In this document: positions 1-6,781 of the stretch, piece by piece | How the letters are laid out: each line of letters begins with the position of its first letter | How positions within the stretch are numbered: position 1 is the first letter of the stretch | Assembly (NCBI GenBank): GCA_045130275.1 | Contig: JBGUPL010000081.1 | Location: 1,270-65,269 of the forward strand | Direction: 5' to 3' | DNA from: Bacteroidales bacterium | GTDB taxonomy: Bacteria; Bacteroidota; Bacteroidia; Bacteroidales; WCHB1-69 | DNA length: 64,000 bases | The notes under the pieces: model-generated | The model's database searches: none | What the model saw: the letters and a program-made list of their open reading frames with translations, nothing else | What the model was told of the DNA's origin: nothing | Position numbers and translations under genes: made by a program

Positions 1-352
1 CGCCGCAGAAGATGCCGTTTTCTTTGTTGCCGAAAAAGACCATTCCGCAGAGGTGAGGAATGAGGACCGCAAGTCCCATCAACGTCATAAAACCGCCGGT
101 GAGGACGTTATCTAACAGTTTCTGTTTGATGGTTTTATGTGATTTGCTCGACACATTCAGCTTCTTCATCACTTCAGCGGGGTCAAGATCGGGGTGTTTC
201 TCCATCATTGCTATCAAAATTTCCGTTTGTTTGTCGATTTCGTGGTTTTTGCGTTTATTAATCAACCATATAACCATCAAGGGCAGCACCACGCAAATGC
301 CGATTACTACGATGATTATCATTAATACTCCTAAAACTCTTACTACATACAT
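1..352 (-). CDS. hypothetical small membrane protein (partial; 3' end lies beyond window start)
   Basis: Absent from the ORF track because it runs off the window. Reverse-strand ATG at 350-352 gives MYVVRVLGVLMIIIVVIGICVVLPLMVIWLINKRKNHEIDKQTEIL..., with two hydrophobic segments and a charged linker. It is more plausible than the antisense ORF 60..368(+). Confidence 0.55.
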   Translation of the reverse strand, partial: MYVVRVLGVLMIIIVVIGICVVLPLMVIWLINKRKNHEIDKQTEILIAMMEKHPDLDPAEVMKKLNVSSKSHKTIKQKLLDNVLTGGFMTLMGLAVLIPHLCGMVFFGNKENGIFCG

Positions 353-456
353 GACTATTAATTATTAAGGTTATACATTTCCGTTCATTACCGAATCGAT
401 TCAACCGTTAAACGGATGAAGTGGGCAAAAGGTGACATTTGAGGCGAAAAAAATTG

Positions 457-464
457 TACCTTTG
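457..464 (+). promoter_or_regulatory. Bacteroidota -7 promoter box (TACCTTTG)
   Basis: Matches TAnnTTTG, 24 nt upstream of the hypB ATG. Confidence 0.55.
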
Positions 465-487
465 CACCCGAATTGGAAATAGTGTAA

Positions 488-1150
488 ATGAACGAGGTAA
501 AGGTTATCGAAATCAAAAAAAGCGTCTTTGCAGAGAATGAGAAAGATGCTGATGCTCTTAGAGTTGAATTGAAAAACAAAGGGGTGTGTCTCCTCAATTT
601 GATGTCTGCTCCCGGCAGCGGCAAGACCACCACTCTTATCCAGCTAATTAACAGGATTAAAGACAAAATCCGTGTTTCCGTGATGGAAGCCGACATCGAC
701 AGCGATGTGGATGCGGTGAAAATCAAGGAGGCCACCGGCGTGCCGTCCATCCAGTTGCACACCGGCGGCATGTGCCACCTCGACGCGGAGATGACCCGCC
801 AAGGACTCGACAACCTCGACCTCGAAGAGACCGACCTCGTCATTCTCGAGAATGTCGGCAACCTGGTCTGCCCTGCCGAGTTCGACACCGGCGCCACCTG
901 CAACGCGATGATCCTTTCCGTGCCCGAGGGCGACGACAAACCCCTCAAGTACCCCCTCATGTTCACCGTCTGCGACCTCGTCATCATCAACAAGATGGAC
1001 GTGGTGCCCTACTTCGATTTCGACATCGAACGCTGCAAGAAGAACATCCTCATGCGCAATCCCAACGCGACTATCATCCCCGTCTCCGCCAAAACTGGCG
1101 ACGGCATGGACGCACTCGCCGAATGGTTGCGGGGAAAGCTGCGCTGTTAA
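488..1150 (+). CDS. hypB: hydrogenase nickel-incorporation GTPase HypB
   Basis: P-loop SAPGSGKTT, ENVGNLVCP and NKMD GTPase motifs. Length and overall pattern are typical of HypB. Confidence 0.9.
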   Translation: MNEVKVIEIKKSVFAENEKDADALRVELKNKGVCLLNLMSAPGSGKTTTLIQLINRIKDKIRVSVMEADIDSDVDAVKIKEATGVPSIQLHTGGMCHLDAEMTRQGLDNLDLEETDLVILENVGNLVCPAEFDTGATCNAMILSVPEGDDKPLKYPLMFTVCDLVIINKMDVVPYFDFDIERCKKNILMRNPNATIIPVSAKTGDGMDALAEWLRGKLRC

Positions 1151-1218
1151 TTACTGCGTGTTGATTATTTCATGTTGATTACTGCATGTTAGTTGGTTGA
1201 AGTTAGTTAATTGATGTT
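1148..1218. repeat. left arm of inverted repeat array (units CTGCGTGTTGATTA / TTTCATGTTGATTA)
   Basis: Starts on the hypB stop codon (TAA inside GTTAATTAC). The reverse complement of 1159-1181 matches 1733-1755 at 20 of 23 positions. Confidence 0.8.
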
Positions 1219-1653
1219 ATGAAGATTTATAACTTTGAAGATTTAGTGGTTTGGCAATTGGCAAGGGAACTTGTCAAGGATATTTATGCTCAATTTGCTA
1301 CAAGTAAAGATTATGGCTTCAACAATCAGATTCAGCGAGCAGTGATTTCCATAATGAACAACATTGCAGAGGGATTTGATAGAAGTAAAAATGCAAAAGA
1401 CAATAAACAACTTTTAAGTTACCTGAATACATCTTACGGATCTTGTGGAGAAGTGAAAAGTATGTTGTATGTGGCAGAAGATTTGGAATATATAAATGCT
1501 GAAATAGCCAAATCATTACGCGAACATTGTACTGATTTGTCCATAAAAATTGCCTCATTCATGTCTCATCTCCGCAGCTATGACAGCAACAAAAATAACA
1601 AAAACAACAGCGAAGCTAACCAACAGCCGAAGGCTAACCAACAGCGAAGCTAA
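1219..1653 (+). CDS. four-helix-bundle protein (23S rRNA intervening-sequence protein family)
   Basis: LVVWQLARELVKDIY...IMNNIAEGF...GSCGEVKSMLYVAEDL pattern is typical of this family. The gene is AT-rich compared with its flanks. The last ~25 codons (NKNNKNNSEANQQPKANQQRS) are encoded by the repeat array. Confidence 0.8.
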   Translation: MKIYNFEDLVVWQLARELVKDIYAQFATSKDYGFNNQIQRAVISIMNNIAEGFDRSKNAKDNKQLLSYLNTSYGSCGEVKSMLYVAEDLEYINAEIAKSLREHCTDLSIKIASFMSHLRSYDSNKNNKNNSEANQQPKANQQRS

Positions 1654-1848
1654 TTAACAGCCGCAGGCTAACCAACAGCGAAGCTAATCAACACGAAGTA
1701 AACAACAGCCGAAGGCTAAACAACAGCAAAGCTAACTAACATGAAATAATTAACAGCCGCAGGCTAACCAACAGCGAAGCTAATCAACACGAAGTAAAAA
1801 ACAGCCGCAGGCTCACCAACACGAAGTAATAAACACGAAGTAATAACC
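1585..1848. repeat. right arm of inverted array (units TAACCAACAGCGAAGC, TAACCAACAGCCGAAGGC, TAATCAACACGAAG, TAACTAACATGAAA)
   Basis: Tandem degenerate units of 14-18 bp. Contains an exact 52-bp internal duplication (1651-1702 = 1747-1798). Ends in TAACCGTT immediately before the ATG at 1852. Confidence 0.85.
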
Positions 1849-1851
1849 GTT

Positions 1852-4671
1852 ATGCCTGAAATGTCCACCAAATTTGTCCCGAAACACAAAGGGGACAAGA
1901 ACCCGAACCCCAAGCTTCTCAAGCTGGTTCGTCACATCACCGATCGTATCCCCGGTAAAATCAAGATGGATACCGACGCCCCTGAGTATTGGGGTCTCGC
2001 CTGCATCTTCGAGGACGAGATGGATGCCGTCACCCGTGAGGCCGCTCTGGATCTGATGCTGGATATGCTGCCCGGCAATCCTTTCCGGGTGCGCAAACAT
2101 TGGACCAATGCGCAAATCCACGAGCTGAACAGCCAAAAACATTACACTCCTGACGACAAGTCTTTCGACGAACTTCTGGACCTGATGGCCCGCATGGGAG
2201 TCATGGAGTATGACTATGGCGACAAATACACCAAAGACGGGCCCGTTCCCGGATCTACCTACGAAAGGAAAGACCGCGTGTATTGGGTGCCCATGTTCGT
2301 CCCTGGCAGTGCCGAATACACCAATATGAACGAGGAACTCATGAAGAAACACCCGGAACTGGGCATGTTCTTCGAACGTATGACCTTCCTGCCGTTAGAG
2401 AAGGTCACTCCGATGGTGCCTATGGGCGGTTCCGGTATCGGCATGCACGTGATTCCGGTGGAGAAAGCCATCTCCATGGAGAATCAATCCATTGATATAG
2501 AGCATATTTCATATTGGCTTAAACGCTACGAAGGCCACCTGGCGGTGGGCATCTGCTCCTGCCGTATTGGTCGCAAAGGACTGGATGAAGGCTGCGCCGA
2601 CGATTACCACGATTGGTGTATCGGCGTGGGCGATATGGCGGAGTATCTAGCGGAGACGGGCCGAGGTCACTTCATCACCTACGATGAGTGCATGGCTATC
2701 TTGAAAAAAGCAGAGGATCATGGTTTTGTACACCAAATCACCAATATCGACGGCGAAGGCAAAATCTTCGCCATCTGTAACTGCAACGTCAAGATCTGCA
2801 ATGCGTTGCGTACTTCACAACTCTTTAATACCCCCAACATGAGCCGTAGTGCTTACGTGGCGAAGGTGGATCCGACGAACTGCGTGGCTTGCGGACGTTG
2901 CGTGGAATACTGTCCTGCGGGAGCTGTACGTCTGGGACAGAAACTCTGCACCAAACACGGCGAGCAGACCTACCCGAAACAGGAGCTGCCCGATGCCAAG
3001 AAGTGGGGACCGGAGAAGTGGGACGAGGACTACCGCGACAAGAACCGCATCAACTGCTACCCGACCGGTACGGCACCTTGTAAAACGGCCTGTCCGGCGC
3101 ATATCGCGGTGCAAGGCTATCTGAAGAAAGCGGCCGAAGGCAAATATACGGAGGCGTTGGAACTCATCAAGCGCGAGAACCCGTTCCCGGCGGTCTGCGG
3201 GCGTGTCTGCAACCGTCGCTGCGAGGATGCCTGCACGCGCGGCACCATCGACCAGCCCATCGCCATCGATGCGGTGAAGAAGTTCATTGCAGAGCAGGAT
3301 CTCAAAGCGGAGACCCGCTTCATTCCTGAGGTGAACATTTGTTCCAACGTGAAAGAATTTTGGGATGAGAAGATTGCCATCATCGGCGGCGGCCCTGCCG
3401 GTCTGAGCTGCGCCTACTACCTCGCCACGATGGGCTACAAGCCCACCGTCTTCGAGAAAGACGAGATCCCCGGCGGTATGCTGCAATACGGCATCCCCTC
3501 TTACAAGTTAGACAAAGAAGTCATCAAAGCCGAAATCGACATCATGCGCGAAATCGGTGTGGAGATCCGCACTGGCGTGGAAGTCGGCAAAGACATTACC
3601 ATACAGCAACTTAGAGATCAAGGATACAAGGGCTTTTATGTGGCCATCGGTTGCCAGGGCGGCAAATTGCCCGGCATCACCGGTGAGAATCTGCCCGGAA
3701 CCACCACGGCCATTGATTTCCTGCACAACTGCAATTGCGGCACGAAGGTCAGCGGCAAGGTCGTCGTGGTCGGCGGCGGCAACGTGGCCATCGATGCGGC
3801 GCGGGTCGCCAAGCGCGGCGGTGCCGAGTCCGTCACCATGCTCTCGTTGGAGACCGAAGACATCATGCCCGCCTCCTTGGAGGAGCGCCGCGAGGCCCGC
3901 GAGGACGGCGTGGTCATCAACCCCGGCTGGGGCCCGAAAGAGGTGCTCGGTACCGACAAAGTCACCGGCATCGTCTTCAAGAAATGCACCTCCGTGTATG
4001 ACAAAGACCACCGTTTTTCTCCGCAATATGATGAGGAAGAAACGATTACGCTGGATGCCGACTTGGTCATCTTCGCCATCGGTCAGACGGTCATCCTCAA
4101 GGATCTGCTCAAGGACACGAAAGTGGAGTTCGTGCGCGGCGTCTATCCCGTGGCCGACAAACTGACCTACCAGACCGCCGAAAAGGACATCTTCGTGGGC
4201 GGTGACTGCTTCACCGGTCCGAAGTTCGCCATTGATGCTATCGCCGCCGGCAAGGAGGGCGCCGAATCGTTGCACCGCTACGTACAGCACGGTCACCTCA
4301 CCATAGGTCGCAACCGCCGCGACTTCATCGAGCTCGACAAGGACGACATCGTGGTGGAGAGCTACGACAATTCATCCCGCCAAGTGGAGGGCGTGTCCGA
4401 GCAGGCCGACAAGTTCAAGGAATACACGCTCACGCTTACGGAGGAGCAGGTGCGCACCGAGACATCCCGCTGTCTGAGCTGCGGCGCGTCCGTAGTGGAC
4501 GAAAACCGCTGCATCGGCTGCGGCATCTGCACCACCAAGTGCGCCTTCGACGCCATCCACCTCTTCCGCGACAACCCTGACGCCAGCATCATGCGCACCT
4601 CCGAGGACAAGTTCAGCGGCATTCTGCCGTACATGCTCAAACGAGCCGCGAAGATCGTCTTTAAGAAGTAA
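1852..4671 (+). CDS. multidomain Fe-S / FAD-NAD(P) oxidoreductase (GltD-like core, two ferredoxin-type modules, Cys-rich N-terminal domain)
   Basis: IAIIGGGPAGLSCAYYL dinucleotide fold. GltD-like CPAHIAVQGY...CGRVCNRRCEDAC motif. CxxCxxCxxxCP motifs at CVACGRCVEYCP and CIGCGICTTKC. The N-terminal ~330 aa carry CSCRIG...AICNCNVKIC and belong to no family I recognise. Confidence 0.75.
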   Translation: MPEMSTKFVPKHKGDKNPNPKLLKLVRHITDRIPGKIKMDTDAPEYWGLACIFEDEMDAVTREAALDLMLDMLPGNPFRVRKHWTNAQIHELNSQKHYTPDDKSFDELLDLMARMGVMEYDYGDKYTKDGPVPGSTYERKDRVYWVPMFVPGSAEYTNMNEELMKKHPELGMFFERMTFLPLEKVTPMVPMGGSGIGMHVIPVEKAISMENQSIDIEHISYWLKRYEGHLAVGICSCRIGRKGLDEGCADDYHDWCIGVGDMAEYLAETGRGHFITYDECMAILKKAEDHGFVHQITNIDGEGKIFAICNCNVKICNALRTSQLFNTPNMSRSAYVAKVDPTNCVACGRCVEYCPAGAVRLGQKLCTKHGEQTYPKQELPDAKKWGPEKWDEDYRDKNRINCYPTGTAPCKTACPAHIAVQGYLKKAAEGKYTEALELIKRENPFPAVCGRVCNRRCEDACTRGTIDQPIAIDAVKKFIAEQDLKAETRFIPEVNICSNVKEFWDEKIAIIGGGPAGLSCAYYLATMGYKPTVFEKDEIPGGMLQYGIPSYKLDKEVIKAEIDIMREIGVEIRTGVEVGKDITIQQLRDQGYKGFYVAIGCQGGKLPGITGENLPGTTTAIDFLHNCNCGTKVSGKVVVVGGGNVAIDAARVAKRGGAESVTMLSLETEDIMPASLEERREAREDGVVINPGWGPKEVLGTDKVTGIVFKKCTSVYDKDHRFSPQYDEEETITLDADLVIFAIGQTVILKDLLKDTKVEFVRGVYPVADKLTYQTAEKDIFVGGDCFTGPKFAIDAIAAGKEGAESLHRYVQHGHLTIGRNRRDFIELDKDDIVVESYDNSSRQVEGVSEQADKFKEYTLTLTEEQVRTETSRCLSCGASVVDENRCIGCGICTTKCAFDAIHLFRDNPDASIMRTSEDKFSGILPYMLKRAAKIVFKK

Positions 4672-4678
4672 ATGTCGG

Positions 4679-4873
4679 TGACTGCGTGTTGATTACTACG
4701 TGTTGATTACTGCGTGTTGATTACTGCGTGTTAATTACTGCGTGTTAATTATTGCGTGTTACCAACAGCGAAGCTAACCAACAGCCGAAGGCTAACCAAC
4801 ATGAAATAACTAACACGAAGTAACCAACAGCCGAAGGCTCATCAACAGCCGCTGGCTCACAAACACGAAGTAA
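4679..4873. repeat. ORF-less inverted array: left arm (CTGCGTGTTGATTA)n joined directly to a right arm of TAACCAACA-hairpin units
   Basis: The arm junction is at 4760/4761 (TGCGTGTT|ACCAACAGCGAAGCTAA). The units are reverse complements of one another. Confidence 0.85.
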
Positions 4874-4875
4874 AT

Positions 4876-5223
4876 ATGCACGAATTGGGTATCGTCTTTT
4901 ACATCATCCGGGACGTCAAGAAGGTGGCGGAGGAGAACCACGTGGAGCGGGTCTCCGAAGTGGTTATGGACATCGGGGAAGTCTCCACGGTGGTACCTCA
5001 CCTTCTCACCGACTGCTGGCGCTGGGCCGCCGACAAAGAGGAGCTGCTGAAGGGTTGCGAGCTGAAATGCAACATTATCCCGGCTGTCACCTGGTGCGAC
5101 GACTGCAAACAGGAGTACGAGACGGTGAAACACGGAAAGACGTGCCCCCACTGCCACAGCGAGAATACCTGGTTGCTGCGCGGCAACGAAGTCGAGATTC
5201 GAGAGATAGTAGTTAGTAGTTAG
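4876..5223 (+). CDS. hypA: hydrogenase nickel-insertion protein HypA
   Basis: N-terminal MHELGI and the zinc site CDDC...CPHC. The 115-aa length is typical. Confidence 0.88.
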   Translation: MHELGIVFYIIRDVKKVAEENHVERVSEVVMDIGEVSTVVPHLLTDCWRWAADKEELLKGCELKCNIIPAVTWCDDCKQEYETVKHGKTCPHCHSENTWLLRGNEVEIREIVVSS

Positions 5224-5229
5224 TAGTTA
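5209..5229. repeat. heptad array (GTAGTTA)x3 across the hypA stop codon
   Basis: Three exact 7-bp units. The TAG stop at 5221-5223 lies inside the array. Confidence 0.8.
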
Positions 5230-5263
5230 TGAACGGAAAAATCACATATATTTGAAAAAAGAA

Positions 5264-5420
5264 TTCCTTGAGCAGCCTCGAAGAGGCAAGACGCACGAAG
5301 TGCAAGTAACCCCACACAAGCGACGGAGGAGCGTAGTGTGGGGTTAAGGAAACCCAGAGGCAACACGCACGAAGTGCAATTAACCCTACACAAGGTGAAG
5401 CCGCAGTGTGGGGGGCATGG
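5264..5420. repeat. TTCCTTGAGCAG half-element followed by two tandem ~74-bp hairpin-rich units
   Basis: GCCTC-GAA-GAGGC hairpin, then units starting at 5285 and 5359. Each unit has GCAC-GAA-GTGC plus an 8-bp stem (CCCCACAC...GTGTGGGG and CCCTACAC...GTGTGGGG). Confidence 0.75.
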
Positions 5421-5431
5421 AGAAAAAAATG

Positions 5432-5439
5432 TATCTTTG
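5432..5439 (+). promoter_or_regulatory. -7 promoter box TATCTTTG
   Basis: Consensus TAnnTTTG, 19 nt upstream of the ATG at 5458. Confidence 0.6.
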
Positions 5440-5457
5440 CACACGAAAGTCGAAACA

Positions 5458-6213
5458 ATGTATAAACGTATCCTCATATCAGCCATCGCAGCACTCTGCT
5501 GCCTTGCAACCTTGCCTTGCGCGGCTCAAGTTACCATAAAGTTCAAATCGCTGAAGATCAGTAACGTCACGGATAAAATATGGGAACCCGAGAAGGATCT
5601 CTTTTGTGCGTTCAGACTTCCATCCTATGATCGTGGAGACGTTTATCTCCGTATTGAAGCGGAAATCGTAAACGAGGGTGACACGGCGGTGCCCATTCCC
5701 AGCTTTGATCGCGAAAAGATGATGTTGGTGTATCACAATCCCAACCCTAGAGACAACTCTCTTGCAAACAGCATGGTTAAAAGCAGGTTAGGGGCGATAG
5801 TAAGAGTTTGTGGCATCCTTGAACCCAACTTCCCGCCACATTCGTGCAGGTACAACGATTACTGGGATTTGATCAATGTCAATAGGTTTGACGGTATGCG
5901 CCCGCTGTATTATGTCTCTGCCGCCATACCCACCATGCGTCTCTGCATGGAGGTCCCCGGCCAAGGACTGGTCTATTCCGACGCACCCGAGGAAATCATC
6001 GTCAATGGCCGGAAAATCGACCCCGACTGGCGGAACTTCGACTACTCCGACAACGCCTACCTGCTCGTGAACAACGAACTGATGCGGGAGTTCATGCTCG
6101 AAAACCCGCACCTCTTCGGCAGCACCTTCTCCGAAGACCTGCTAATGAAAGAATTTGTCAGCAATATGGCCTTCACCTACCACTGCTTCCCCATCACCAA
6201 CCCAAACAACTAA
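5458..6213 (+). CDS. secreted hypothetical protein
   Basis: Start moved to the ATG at 5458 (MYKRILISAIAALCCLATLPCAAQ signal peptide), downstream of the promoter box. The stop TAA is the first triplet of a TAACAGCGAAGC repeat unit. Confidence 0.65.
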   Translation: MYKRILISAIAALCCLATLPCAAQVTIKFKSLKISNVTDKIWEPEKDLFCAFRLPSYDRGDVYLRIEAEIVNEGDTAVPIPSFDREKMMLVYHNPNPRDNSLANSMVKSRLGAIVRVCGILEPNFPPHSCRYNDYWDLINVNRFDGMRPLYYVSAAIPTMRLCMEVPGQGLVYSDAPEEIIVNGRKIDPDWRNFDYSDNAYLLVNNELMREFMLENPHLFGSTFSEDLLMKEFVSNMAFTYHCFPITNPNN

Positions 6214-6290
6214 CAGCGAAGCTAACTAACATGAAATAACCAACACGAAGTAATCAACAGCCGAAGGCTAAAAAACACGAAGTAACAAAC
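6211..6290. repeat. right-arm-type unit array (no left arm)
   Basis: TAACAGCGAAGC TAACTAACATGAAA TAACCAACACGAAG TAATCAACAGCCGAAGGC ... Confidence 0.8.
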
Positions 6291-6305
6291 AAAAAAACAA
6301 CGAAT

Positions 6306-6641
6306 ATGTCATGCTTTATCATCCCCATGGCGCAGGCCATCGCCACAAGCGCCTACAGAAAAGCCAACGCGAAAGCGATTGAAAGTTCAGAACACGCACT
6401 CACGCGCAATATCCCGGCGTTAGAGAAGATGCTCTGGGGCGGCACCGTGATGCTCATCGTCGATCACGTCATCAACGGCGAACTCACCTGGCAGTACCCC
6501 TTCTTCACCGCCCTGGAGTCCGGCGGCTTCCCTGTCATGCTCCGCGAACTCCTCACCGTCGGCGTACCCATGTCGCTGGTCCTCACCGCCGTATGGGCTG
6601 TTTGGAGCATTGCCAAAGCCCGCAAAGTCACTGCGTGTTGA
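6306..6641 (+). CDS. small membrane protein, unknown function
   Basis: 111 aa with hydrophobic segments (GGTVMLIVDHVI and VPMSLVLTAVWAVWSI). The stop TGA lies inside the first left-arm repeat unit. Confidence 0.55.
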   Translation: MSCFIIPMAQAIATSAYRKANAKAIESSEHALTRNIPALEKMLWGGTVMLIVDHVINGELTWQYPFFTALESGGFPVMLRELLTVGVPMSLVLTAVWAVWSIAKARKVTAC

Positions 6642-6775
6642 TTACTACGTGTTGATTACTGCGTGTTGATTACTGCGTGTTACCAACAGCGAAGCTAATC
6701 AACATGAAATAACTAACAGCCGAAGGCTAACCAACAGCGAAGCTAACCAACATGAAATAACTAACTTAAATTTTA
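6629..6775. repeat. second ORF-less inverted array
   Basis: Left arm is (CTGCGTGTTGATTA)x3-4 and right arm is TAAYYAACA-hairpin units. It shares the identical 25-nt junction TGCGTGTTACCAACAGCGAAGCTAA with 4753-4777. Confidence 0.85.
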
Positions 6776-6781
6776 ACCGTT

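Noticed and set aside
60-368. 102-aa forward ORF at the window start
   Set aside because: It is antisense to a more convincing partial membrane-protein gene (ATG at 350-352, minus strand). It has no promoter box and an odd composition.
1219-1653. Four-helix-bundle protein as the Avd component of a diversity-generating retroelement
   Set aside because: There is no reverse transcriptase gene and no template/variable repeat pair anywhere in the window.
1585-1848. Possible CRISPR array
   Set aside because: The units are only 14-18 bp, degenerate and directly abutting with no unique spacers. There are no cas genes. The arrays occur as inverted arms.
5338-5457. Longer N-terminal extensions offered by the ORF track (5338, 13505, 13898, 14340, 20668 for pyrC, 39410, 40471, 47942, 53929)
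   Set aside because: The extensions run through promoter boxes or repeat arrays (for example FKFKSKFKFKSKSK before pyrI). Internal ATGs give canonical N-termini or signal peptides.
5213-5486. Small reverse-strand ORFs (81 and 88 aa) in the hypA downstream region
   Set aside because: They lie entirely within hairpin and repeat DNA and across a forward promoter box. They show no coding signature.
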